This document shows, in pieces, positions 1-9,377 of a stretch of 64,000 bases of DNA; position 1 is the first letter of the stretch; each line of letters begins with the position of its first letter. The stretch spans positions 160,001 through 224,000 of the forward strand of contig CAWJPJ010000007.1 in assembly GCA_963844715.1 (NCBI GenBank), in the 5' to 3' direction. Below the pieces are notes generated by a model. It ran no database searches, was not told where the DNA came from, and worked only from the letters and a program-made list of their open reading frames with translations. The translations under genes and the position numbers were made by a program. This DNA comes from an uncultured Phycisphaerales bacterium. GTDB lineage: Bacteria; Planctomycetota; Phycisphaerae; Tepidisphaerales; Tepidisphaeraceae.

Positions 1-239
1 TCACGAGCCGCTTCCCGAAGTGCGCCGACGACTTTGGCGACTTCGACATCCATGGCCTTTTGCAGCGTTTTAGCCGCCTTCTGCGAGCGCTGCTGCAACG
101 TGCGGGCGATGCGTTCCCCTTCCTTCTCGGAAAGATCAGCCTGCTTGGCGAGCTTCTTGCCCAGCTCCTCGACGGACTGCTTTCCCGTGCCGACCAAACC
201 GATTCCGGTGTAGATGCTCTTGAGGAGAATGTCTTTCAT
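1..239 (-). CDS. Phasin-like / PHA-granule-associated coiled-coil protein (partial, runs off window start)
   Basis: Manual translation from ATG 239: MKDILLKSIYTGIGLVGTGKQSVEELGKKLAKQADLSEKEGERIARTLQQ..., resembling the phasin-type N-terminus; no stop inside the window, so it is absent from the ORF track. Confidence 0.55.
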   Translation of the reverse strand, partial: MKDILLKSIYTGIGLVGTGKQSVEELGKKLAKQADLSEKEGERIARTLQQRSQKAAKTLQKAMDVEVAKVVGALREAAR

Positions 240-307
240 GATCTTCAGCTTACCAAGAGGGGGAATCCAAAAGAAGGGGAAACCGGTCTGCGACGGCAAG
301 ACTAATG

Positions 308-427
308 AACCGCCAAGCCGCCAAGAACGCCAAGATAAATTCCGCCAGGTTAATCTCCCAAAAAATACGGAATCTTTCCTGGCGTCTTAATCTTGGCGTT
401 CTTGGCGTCGTTGGCGGCTTGGCGGTT
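308..427. repeat. Palindromic intergenic repeat (CGCCAAG-unit family), copy 1
   Basis: Left arm AACCGCCAAGCCGCCAAGAACGCCAAG, right arm CTTGGCG...TTGGCGGCTTGGCGGTT; 307-347 is the exact reverse complement of 6702-6742. Confidence 0.85.
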
Positions 428-473
428 GAAAATCGTTCCAGGATTCGAGTCTTCCTGATTTGGGTGCAGCCGC

Positions 474-1851
474 TTAAAGATTCGCCATTGCCTGGGACAA
501 TCGCCGAACGGCGTGGACGGCCATGCCTTTTAGGTTCGGGACATGATCGCCCAGCGGGGGGACGATCGCCTGGGTGATGCCGAGTCTTCCGGCTTCGCGG
601 AGGCGAAGTTCCAGTTGGGGGACGGAACGGATTTCGCCGCCGAGGCCGAGTTCTCCGACGGCGAGCGTTCCTGCTGCCAGGGGGCGGTTGAGGTGCGCGG
701 AGGCGATCGCCAGGGCGATCGCCAGATCGACGGCCGGCTCGGGGGTTTTGATTCCGCCGGCGATGTTTACGAAGACGTCGTCCGCGGCCAGGCGCAACTC
801 GGCGCAGCTTTTCCAGGACGGCCAGGATCATCGCGACGCGGTCGGAGGAGACGCCGCTGGTTTTTCGCTTGGCGGCACCGATGACGCTGGGGGCCGTGAG
901 AGCCTGGACTTCAACGAGGAGCACGCGCGTCCCCTGCATCGCGGCGGTCACGACCGATCCGCTCGGCGGCCCGGCCTGTCCATACTGCTCCAAGAAAATC
1001 TTCCCCGGCTGAGTCAGCTCCGACAAACCGCTCCCGCTCATCTCGAACAATCCGACTTCGTGCGTCCCGCCAAAGCGATTCTTCGCGCAGCGAACGATGC
1101 GATGGGCGTGAAAACGATCCCCCTCGAAATAGGCGACCGTGTCGACGATATGCTCGATGACCTTCGGGCCCGCGAGCGTGCCGGCCTTGGTGACATGCCC
1201 GACAAGAACGACGGCGGTGCCGCTGGCTTTGGCGAGATAGACCAGGTCCATGCAGCAATCGCGAAGCTGCGTGACCGAACCCGGGGCGGCGGGAATCTGC
1301 GGCTTGTAAATCATCTGGATCGAATCGACGATCGCCACCGCGGGCTTCACCTTGGCGATCTGATGCGTGATCCGCTCGACGTTCGTCTCGGCCAGGACAA
1401 GAAGATCGTCGGATTTAACGCCCAGCCGCCGGGCTCGCAGCGCCGTCTGCCGGGCGGATTCCTCGCTGGTGACGTAAAGAATCTTGGCCGCCGCGTCCCC
1501 ATTGCGGCGGACGCTCATGGCGTGCGCGACTTGCAAAAGCAGTGTCGATTTTCCGATCCCCGGCTCCCCGCCGACGAGCACCACCGACCCCGGCACGATC
1601 CCGCCGCCGAGCACGCGATCGAATTCCGCGATCCCGGTCGCGAGCCTGGGCGTGTGCGCCTCGTCGATCTCCCCAATCGCCACCGGCTCCGCCCCGCGCA
1701 GGGCGTCCGCCGTCGCCGCCCGGGCATCGGGGGCAGGGGGCGTATATGCCTCGAGCGAATCCCACGTCCCGCAATCCGGACATTTCCCGAGCCACTTCGG
1801 ATGCACGCTTCCGCATTGGTTGCAAAGAAATTGGGTGCGCGACTTGGGCAT
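474..1851 (-). CDS. radA: DNA repair protein RadA/Sms (one frameshift near 805)
   Basis: C4 zinc finger CNQC..CPDC, Walker A GEPGIGKS, KNRFG motif; Lon-like C-terminus continues in ORF 474..797. Confidence 0.95.
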
Positions 1852-2044
1852 GGGTCTGCATCCTACGCGGCTGTCTCGACGGGCACAAAAATAAATGCAA
1901 CCGCCGAGAATTTTTGGAGCAACGGGTGACAACGTCGGACAAAACTTGACACTTTTGAAGTGATTGGCGATCGGGGCGATTTAGGGCAACTGGGTTGGGG
2001 GTGTTTATTGGGGGTTGAACAGAGGAGAAATTCAATGCGAATTG

Positions 2045-2515
2045 AACCGCCGAGGACCCGCCACGGCGGGTAAACTGGCCGAGAACGCCGAGAAAATGCA
2101 AGCGGATTTTTGGCCACGGATGGGGGACAGATGAACACGGATAAGACGAAGAAGTTGCCGGCTGCCAGTTGTGAGTTGCCAGGTCGATTCTTTATCGGTG
2201 TGAATCTGTGCCCAAACTGTGGCAATAGATTCTGTACGCTCTGCGTCTGTCCCGCCACGGGCGGTTTTCAACTCTGTGTCTCGGCGTCTCTGCGGTAAAA
2301 CTTCCCTGCGGATTAAAAGGCATTTTTCACCGCGGAGATCGCCGAGAACGCGGAGAATTCAAAACCGGAATTCGAAAGCTTGGTTAAATCCCCATCCGCG
2401 CAATCCGTGGTTAAAAAGAATTTTGACCGCGGATTTCACGGATGGGCACGGATGAATAAGCAAATAGTTGATTTCTCCGCGTCTTCCTCTGCGCCTCGGT
2501 GTCTCTGCGGTTACA
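2045..2515. repeat. Composite cluster of short palindromic repeat modules
   Basis: ACCGCCGAG/CTCTGCGGT, CACGGAT/ATCCGTG and CCCGCCACGGCGGGTAAACT modules; shares motifs with 22043-22264. Confidence 0.75.
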
Positions 2516-2575
2516 TTTTGAACCCGAAATCTAGCGAATAACGCCCGGGCTGCGTATACTTTCGGCCAGTCCGCC

Positions 2576-2656
2576 GCCAGGTGGCGGAATTGGCAGACGC
2601 ACTACTTTGAGGTGGTAGCGCCGAGAGGCGTGCAGGTTCAAATCCTGTCCTGGGCA
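2576..2656 (+). tRNA. tRNA-Leu(GAG)
   Basis: GTGGCGGAATTGGCAGACGC D-arm, anticodon arm CTACT-TTGAGGT-GGTAG, long variable arm, GGTTCAAATCC T-arm; 5' acceptor strand is one C short (GCCAGG vs CCTGGGC), probably an indel error. Confidence 0.92.
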
Positions 2657-3013
2657 TTCAGCAAATCAATCAGTCCGGAACGCCGAACGATTCATTCGCC
2701 GCCACCGGGCGACTCGAGTCCCCGTCACTCCCGCTTCTACGATCCGCTCATCTAAATGACGGATGATGACGCACTAAACTAAACTGTCGAGCGCTCATCC
2801 ATTCGCTCAATTCCTGCCTGCGCAGCCGCTTTAGACCGCATAAAGGTAATAGCCGTCATCAAACACCCCGGCGAAATCCATAACTGCCACCAGCAGTGAG
2901 TGTAGTCCATTGCTGGTTTCTCCGAATCGGAAACAGGGGAACTTCGCTCCCTTAATGGCTGCTCACTTACAAAATGCGGAGCGCGGTCAATCCAGTGCGG
3001 GGGAATTTGCCTT

Positions 3014-4267
3014 ATGAATTGTCGAAACAAATGGCCCATGGTTGCTGTGATAGTTCTCGCGCTTGCGACGACTCGCGACGGGCTGGCGTCCGGGCCAGAC
3101 GGTGCGGCCAATGCGCCCGTTGCAGTTCAAGCGCCGGCGACAAAGCCTTCGGTACTAGCCGCCGATCGATTGGATCAGCAGGCTGCACGGAGTCCGGCCG
3201 ACGCTTTACGTGTAGGGCTCGCGTATTACAACGGAACGGACGGCGTGAATCAGGACTACGAAACAGCGATGGTCTATTTCTGCAGGGCGGCAGACGCAGG
3301 TAACGCAGAGGCGATGAACGGCATTGGGTTTCTCTACGACGATGGCCAAGGCGTAGCGCAGGACTTTCGGGAGGCCATGGCCTGGTATCGCAAGGCCGCC
3401 GACGCTGGCAATCCGGACGCGATGACCAACATCGGCCTGCTCTATGATGTAGGTCATGGCGTTGCGCAGGACTACCATCAGGCAATGTACTGGTTCCAGC
3501 GGGCCGCCGACGCGGGCAGCGCGCGGGCGATGGCCGACATCGGATTTCTGAACGAGCAAGGCCATGGGGTTCCGCAGGACTATGCGAAAGCATTAGGTTG
3601 GTATCAAAAGGCGGCCGACGCGGGGGACACGGACGCGATGTGCGCCGCGGGCATCATGTACCAACGCGGCGTGGAAATTCCTCAGGATTACTCTAAGGCT
3701 ATGAGTTGGTTCCGCAGGGCCGCCGATGCCGGGGACGCTGACGCGATGTGCGAAACCGGACTCATGTACGAAAACGGCTGGGGCTTTCGACAGGATTATT
3801 CACAGGCAATGCAATGGTACCGCAAGGGCGCCGACGCTGGAGACGCGTGGGCGATGACCACCATTGGTTGGCTGTACGACAGCGGCCGAGTTGCGCCACC
3901 CGACTACCAGGGGGCCTTGGACTGGTATCTCAAGGCCGCCGACTTAGGGGATCCGGTGGCTATGAACAATATTGGTGTCCTCTACGATGACGGACACGGC
4001 GTTGTACAGGACCACGAGCGGGCAATGGCGTGGTACCGCAAGGCCGCCGCGCTCGGTGTCGAGAATGCCAAGGAGCGTCTGAGTCAATTAGACTCTGTGT
4101 CGCAAATTCCTGAGCAGGTGCCAGCGTCGCAGAACCCTCCTGTTGCCGAAAACGGATCTTACTACGGAGAGATCAGCGAACGAACGGGCCTGCCGCGAAC
4201 GATCTATGTGAACGGGTACTACCGGCAAGATGGAACCTACGTGCGCGGCTATTACCGCAGCCCATAG
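3014..4267 (+). CDS. Secreted Sel1-like repeat protein with C-terminal GYYRxDGTYVRGYYR module
   Basis: Signal-peptide-like N-terminus; 8 tandem 36-aa AMxxxGxxYxxGxGVxQDYxxAxxWYxKAADxG repeats. Confidence 0.9.
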   Translation: MNCRNKWPMVAVIVLALATTRDGLASGPDGAANAPVAVQAPATKPSVLAADRLDQQAARSPADALRVGLAYYNGTDGVNQDYETAMVYFCRAADAGNAEAMNGIGFLYDDGQGVAQDFREAMAWYRKAADAGNPDAMTNIGLLYDVGHGVAQDYHQAMYWFQRAADAGSARAMADIGFLNEQGHGVPQDYAKALGWYQKAADAGDTDAMCAAGIMYQRGVEIPQDYSKAMSWFRRAADAGDADAMCETGLMYENGWGFRQDYSQAMQWYRKGADAGDAWAMTTIGWLYDSGRVAPPDYQGALDWYLKAADLGDPVAMNNIGVLYDDGHGVVQDHERAMAWYRKAAALGVENAKERLSQLDSVSQIPEQVPASQNPPVAENGSYYGEISERTGLPRTIYVNGYYRQDGTYVRGYYRSP

Positions 4268-4410
4268 GACGTCTTTCAGCTAGCCTTGGGCTCGGGGCCT
4301 ACCTTGTGAGTCGGTTTTGGTTGTCAACGGTGGTTATGGGCGCTTATTCGCCCAATGCGACCACGATTTGCCTGCTTGATTCTGTAGGAAACGGCGTAAG
4401 GGGCTTGGTC

Positions 4411-5095
4411 ATGTCACAGTTTTCAAGCGCACGAGAACACGGCGACCACCATCGGGATTACCTTGTTACCGATAAATGCTCGATGTCGCGGCTTCTCGCA
4501 ACTTGGCACATTGAAGACCTCCAAGTCTTCAATGCTACGTTGGAACGGTTCATCGCGGCGGAGGACCAGCGAATCGCGTCCACGTACGACGGTCCGCCGG
4601 AAGATTATGATGGCTGGTGGATCCAAGACATCGTCGGAAATAACCTTAGGCGTGCGTTCGTGTGTGCATGCATGGACGCAACTTCCTTCCATCTAAACCT
4701 CCTTTGCCAAAATGTGGCAGTTATCGCTCGGAGGGAATCGCCCGACCTAACAAGGGAGTCTGTGAAAAGGGCGCAGGGGATTCTTGGACCAAGTGGGCTT
4801 CGACAAATCCTTATCGAATGCTTGGAACGAGATAGATGCACTTTACACGTTGCGGAACATCTTCGTCCACGCATCCGGAATTATTTCTAAACAGCGAGAT
4901 GGACAAAAAATTAATTGGTTAATCAAGACTAGGTCCCCGCCGGGAATAGCAATTCAGGACGAATCGATCGAGTTAGATCCGAAGTTCACGGCGTACGTCT
5001 CTCGCCAGGTCGAAGCCTTTTTCAGGTTGCTGCACACCGAATTGGAAAAACTTTGTGAGAAGAGCGAAACCGGCCAACCCAAGGAAACGACGTGA
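4411..5095 (+). CDS. Putative HEPN-domain protein (frameshift near 4780)
   Basis: Joining ORFs 4306..4890 and 4784..5095 at the GGGG run gives an approx. 228-aa helical protein with LRNIFVHASG (R-x4-H). Confidence 0.55.
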
Positions 5096-5212
5096 GAGAT
5101 CGACATAGCCGAAGTCGGTTCTCGCTTAAATTCAAGCCCAATTCGGTCGTCTAAATTTGGAGCAGAACGATCGGTGCCGTAACGATGCTTCGTGTGTCTG
5201 AGCTAGTCAGGC

Positions 5213-5265
5213 TCAAAACGAAACCGCCATAGTCATTTCCCTCCCCCCGGCGCCGCGTAATGCGC
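5213..5265 (-). repeat. Degenerate duplicate of the 3' end of the adjacent beta-barrel gene
   Basis: TCAAAACGAAACCG..AGTCA..TTCCC..GGCGCCG.GTAATG occurs at 5213-5265 and again at 5329-5379. Confidence 0.75.
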
Positions 5266-5328
5266 AGTCATTTTCTTAGAGACGACTGTTTTCGTGATTA
5301 AGAAAATGCGACCGAATAGGAAAATCAT

Positions 5329-6539
5329 TCAAAACGAAACCGTAAAAGTCACTTCCCCGCCGGGCGCCGTGTAATGGGCGCGAAATCGCCCAAAAATCCC
5401 GCCCTTAGCATGGCATACCGGCTCAGGTCCACGCCTGCGCCGCCGAAGGCGGTCCAGTAGTTGGGGATGGCTGCGTGGTGGAGGAAATTGCTGTAGGCAG
5501 CTCCGCCGTCGATGAACCAGGGGGAGCCGAGGATTTGCCAGGAGACGTCGCCGCCGTTTTTGACGATCCACTGATCGATGGGGACGTCGAAGTTGTAGTC
5601 GTCGACGTGGACGGCGGCGTTGCCGATGTAGTCGGCCTGATCGGCGAGGGTGAAGGTGAGGTCGCCGGTGCGGAGGGAGAGGCTGCTGGTGCCGCCGCCG
5701 CCGACGAGGAGGGTGCCGACGGCCTGGTCGTAGCTGGCGGAAAGGCCAATGAATCCCCACGGCGTGATTTGCCAGCGGAGGCCGGAATCGGTCCCCTGGC
5801 GGGGGATGATGGTGATGGGGATGCCGAGATTTTGCCCGACGGTGTAGACCTCGCTGCTGGAGACGGAGCGGTAGAGGAATGCGGTGTCGGTCGCGATGGC
5901 GACCGAGCCATTGATGTCCCATTGACTGCCGATGTCGAAATTCGCGAAGTTGCCGTCGAATCCTTCGGCGCGGCTGGTTCCGCCGCCGCCGTCGATGGTG
6001 AACTGACTGTTATGGTCGGGGTCCTGCATCTGGCCGGTTTGAGTGGCCAGAAGCCCGTAATGATTGAAGGCGTCGTCGGCGAGATAGGCCGTGGAAGACT
6101 GCGGATTTCCGTCGATGGCGGCGACGGCGGACTCTTTGTCGATCGCCAGGATCAGCTGCGAATAGGCGCTCTCGCCGTCGCTTTCGACGAAGTCCTTGAT
6201 CTGGGTTTGGAGATCGGAGGCGCTGGCGCCGGTGAAGGTTTTGGTGAAACCGGTCAGGGGGATGGAGAGGGTCGCTTGCGTTTGGCTGGGGTTTTCGGTG
6301 AAGACGACGGCGCTGGGGACGCCGCCGTAATTGACTGACGCCGAGAATCCCTGCCCGGCCAGGGCGGCGAACTGCTGCTGCTCGTTGATGAGATTATTCG
6401 CCAGGTTGATGATGTTGGAGCCGCCGGCGGTGACGGTGGCTCCGGAGCCGCCCATCGCGTCGACCGAAAAGAAATCCGCCGCCCGCGCCGCCGGCGCGGC
6501 CAGGGCGAGCGCCGCGGCGAAGATTGCTTTTTTCATCAT
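5329..6539 (-). CDS. Secreted protein, probable outer-membrane beta-barrel (frameshift near 5380)
   Basis: Signal peptide MMKKAIFAAALALAAPAARA; alternating-pattern strands; corrected C-terminus ...GGEVTFTVSF ends in Phe. Confidence 0.65.
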
Positions 6540-6627
6540 GCACGGATTTTCATTGCTTACGGCGTGGATGGCAATGCCGATTTTTTTGTGAATTTTTGCG
6601 CGGCTCGCTGGTTCTGGAAGATGGTTA

Positions 6628-6741
6628 AACCGCCAAGCCGCCGAGGACGCCAAGATCAAAACGCCAAGAAAAACAGAATTGAAATTTTGCCGCTATTAAG
6701 GTGGCGGAATTTATCTTGGCGTTCTTGGCGGCTTGGCGGTT
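6628..6741. repeat. Palindromic intergenic repeat (CGCCAAG-unit family), copy 2
   Basis: Same arms as 308-427, with a 41-nt exact inverted match. Confidence 0.85.
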
Positions 6742-6744
6742 CGT

Positions 6745-8062
6745 TTACGAATTGAGTGAGCGCAGGCGCGTTTCGGGCGGCTTCGATTGTGCGGGAGATG
6801 TGCTGGTCTTCGTGGGCGAGGCCGACGAACCATGCCTCGAATTGGCTCGGGGGGAGATAGATCCCCTGCTCGAGCATGGCGTGGAAAAAGCGGGCGTAGG
6901 CGGCGGTGTCGGAGGCGGTTGCCTGGGTGAAATTCGTGACGGGGTCACCGGCTTTGCGAACGAAGAAGGGCGTGAGCATTGAGCCGACGCGATTGACCGC
7001 CAGGGGCACGCCGGCTTCGTCTGCCGCGGCGCGCAGGCCTTGGGCGAGGGCATCGCCGCGCTTTTCGAGAATGTCGTAGGCTCTCGGCTCGCTTAGGATT
7101 TCCAAAGTGGCCAGGCCGGCGCTGGTGGCCAGGGGATTTCCGCTGAGGGTTCCGGCCTGGTAGACGTCGCCCGCGGGGCTGATCCGCTCCATGAATTTGC
7201 TTGATCCCCCGTAGGCGCCGACCGGCAGGCCGCCGCCGATGATTTTTCCGAGGCAGGTCAGATCGGCCGCGACTCCGTACAAACCCTGCGCGGAATTCCA
7301 TCCGACGCGGAAGCCGGTCATCACTTCGTCGAGAACCAGAAGTGCTCCTGTCTCATCGCAAAGTTTTCGCAAGCCCGCCAGATACCCCGGCGCCGGAGGC
7401 ACGACCCCCATGTTTCCCGCGACCGGCTCGACGAGGAAACAAGCCAGCTCGCGCGGATGCGCGGCGAAGATTTTTTCCGTCGCTTCCAGATCGTTGTAAG
7501 GGGCGAGCACCGTCAGCGCGGCCAGGGGGGCGGGAATTCCGGGACTGGAGGGTGTGCCGAGTGTCAGCGCGCCGCTACCGGCCTGGACGAGGAGCGAATC
7601 GGAATGCCCGTGATAACCGCCGACGCATTTGGCGATTTTTTCGCGGCCGGTGACGGCGCGGGCGAGCCGGATCGCGCTCATGACGGCCTCGGTGCCGCTG
7701 TTGACGAATCGCAGCATCTGGATGGAGGGAATCGCCGAGATGATTTTTTCCGCCAGTTGCGTTTCCAGTTCCGTCGGCGCGGCGAAACTCGTCCCGCACC
7801 CCAGCGCCTTGCTGACGGCCGCGACGACGCGCTGGTGGGCGTGGCCGACAATGAGCGGCCCGTAGCTGGCGACAAAGTCGATATACGAATTCCCGTCCAG
7901 ATCGGTGACGCTGCACCCTGACGCTTCGCGAATGAACGGCGGCGTCCCGCCGACGGCCTTAAAAGCGCGCACCGGCGAGGAGACGCCCCCGGGCATGACC
8001 CGGCTGGCGCGCGTAAACGCCGACTGCGATCGCGATGTTTTGCTGGTTTTGCCGGCGCCCAT
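6745..8062 (-). CDS. hemL: Glutamate-1-semialdehyde 2,1-aminomutase
   Basis: MPGGVSSPVRAF, DEVMTGFR, GKIIGGGLP, YQAGTLSGNP, PSQFEA; true stop probably 6745 (terminal indel makes the listed ORF run into the repeat). Confidence 0.95.
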
Positions 8063-8068
8063 TGGAAT

Positions 8069-9338
8069 TTATTGCGAGCTGGATTGCGCGGTTTGATCGG
8101 TCACCGGCGTTCCAGCGGGCCAAAAGTCGGAGTACGTGTCCGGCGTGTTTTTCGGATCGTTCAAGTCAAAACTCTTGATCTGAATATCGATTTTCCGCGT
8201 CGGCTGCCCGTCCTCCCCGAAGCGCTGGAGGACGATGTGATTCGGCAAATTCCATGTCCCGACGGGCTGGAATCCGTCGCAGGTGATCTCTTCGATCATC
8301 ATGTTCTTGCGCGTCACCTCGACGCCGCTACAGGCATATTGCTGCGGGCGCGCATAGGTCATGACGCGATTCAATTTCGTCCCGCCCTCGGGCGTAATGG
8401 AAAGGTTCAGGGAAGCGGCATCGGCACCGGGGAACTTCATCTTCCACTTCGCCAGTACGTCCGGGGTGAGCCATTGCGCATCGGCCGGGGCCCGGTAACC
8501 CAGCGCGACGTCCAGGCCGTCGCTGAGGCGGAAATTTTCCGATGTCGGTTTCTGGAGCGTGACTCCTTTTTTGTCCACGAGGATCACCTTGTCGGGAAGC
8601 AACGCGACGACTTGCTTATCGCCCGGCGAAGCGGAATCGTTTGCCTCCCAGTAGGCTCGGTCTCCGAAAATCGGAAGACGACGTGGAGGTTTTGGGTTTG
8701 ATCGCCGGAGACTTGTTCGTCGGCCGTGACGATGAGGCTGTCCAGGTCGTTCCATCGCGCCGCCAGCAGGTCGCGGATGTCGGCCTCATATTTGCGCTTG
8801 GACTCGGGGATGGAGCGATCGGTAGTCGGCTGTGTTGCCGCCGAACCAAGAACGACCGCCGGCGTCAAAGTCATGGTGGGCGATGGAGCAATACCTCGCG
8901 CCGAAGCCGTCATGTCCGGCTGAGCCGCAGCAGAGATTTTGCGCCCCCAGCGGGGGTAGCCGCCGCGACCCCGGGCTGGGTTGCCGCGTTGGACTTGGCC
9001 ATCTTGGATTTTCCGGATTTCCTGGCCGCTTTCGTCGGCGCGGGCGAAGCCGGCGCGGGCTGCGTTGCGGGGGTGACGATTGAAGGCTCGGTCTGGGGTG
9101 TGATCGGCGTGGGGGCGGCGGAATCGGTGTTGTCTTTTTGCCAACTGCTGACTGTGTTGGCGGGGAAGGTGATCGTCCCGATGCGGGTCACCAATTGGAT
9201 GCCGTCGGGGGTTTCGGTGACTTTCCCGTGAAGCACGCGGCCGTCGGCCATGTACACGGTATCGCCCCGGGCGATTTGGACGAGCGAAATCGTCGCGACC
9301 AAAAGACCGAGCGTCAGAGGCCAGACGAGCCTATGCAT
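8069..9338 (-). CDS. Secreted hypothetical protein with Pro/Ala/Thr (ATQP) linker, split over three frames
   Basis: Signal peptide plus DTVYMADGRVLHGKV domain (8910..9338), linker (8584..9144 frame), C-terminal domain (8069..8755 frame). Confidence 0.6.
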
Positions 9339-9377
9339 ACCTCGCTCCGGCGACTCATGCGTGGCTTCCCCGGGTGG

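Noticed and set aside
574..1929. Long antisense and alternate-frame ORFs (for example 574..1929, 16950..18491, 39865..41199, 48045..48944, 59090..60142)
   Set aside because: Shadow ORFs typical of high-GC DNA, lying over well-supported genes and lacking recognisable motifs.
2045..2515. CRISPR array
   Set aside because: Units are short, degenerate and inverted, with no constant repeat or unique spacer periodicity and no cas genes.
2576..2656. tRNA-Leu pseudogene because of the short acceptor stem
   Set aside because: One missing C in a C-run fits the window-wide indel error pattern, and all other arms are intact.
2707..2733. tRNA 3'-half or att relic (TCGAGTCCCCGTCACTCCCGC)
   Set aside because: No pairing T-stem and no match to the adjacent tRNA-Leu 3' end; too short to support.
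3206..4075. Nucleotide tandem repeat of about 108 bp
   Set aside because: Fully explained by the Sel1 protein repeats.
5213..5379. DGR template/variable repeat pair
   Set aside because: Differences are not adenine-specific, the copy is only about 50 bp, and no reverse transcriptase is present.
6656..6745. C-terminal extension of HemL (and similarly RadA to 250)
   Set aside because: Read-through into the palindromic repeat after a terminal indel.
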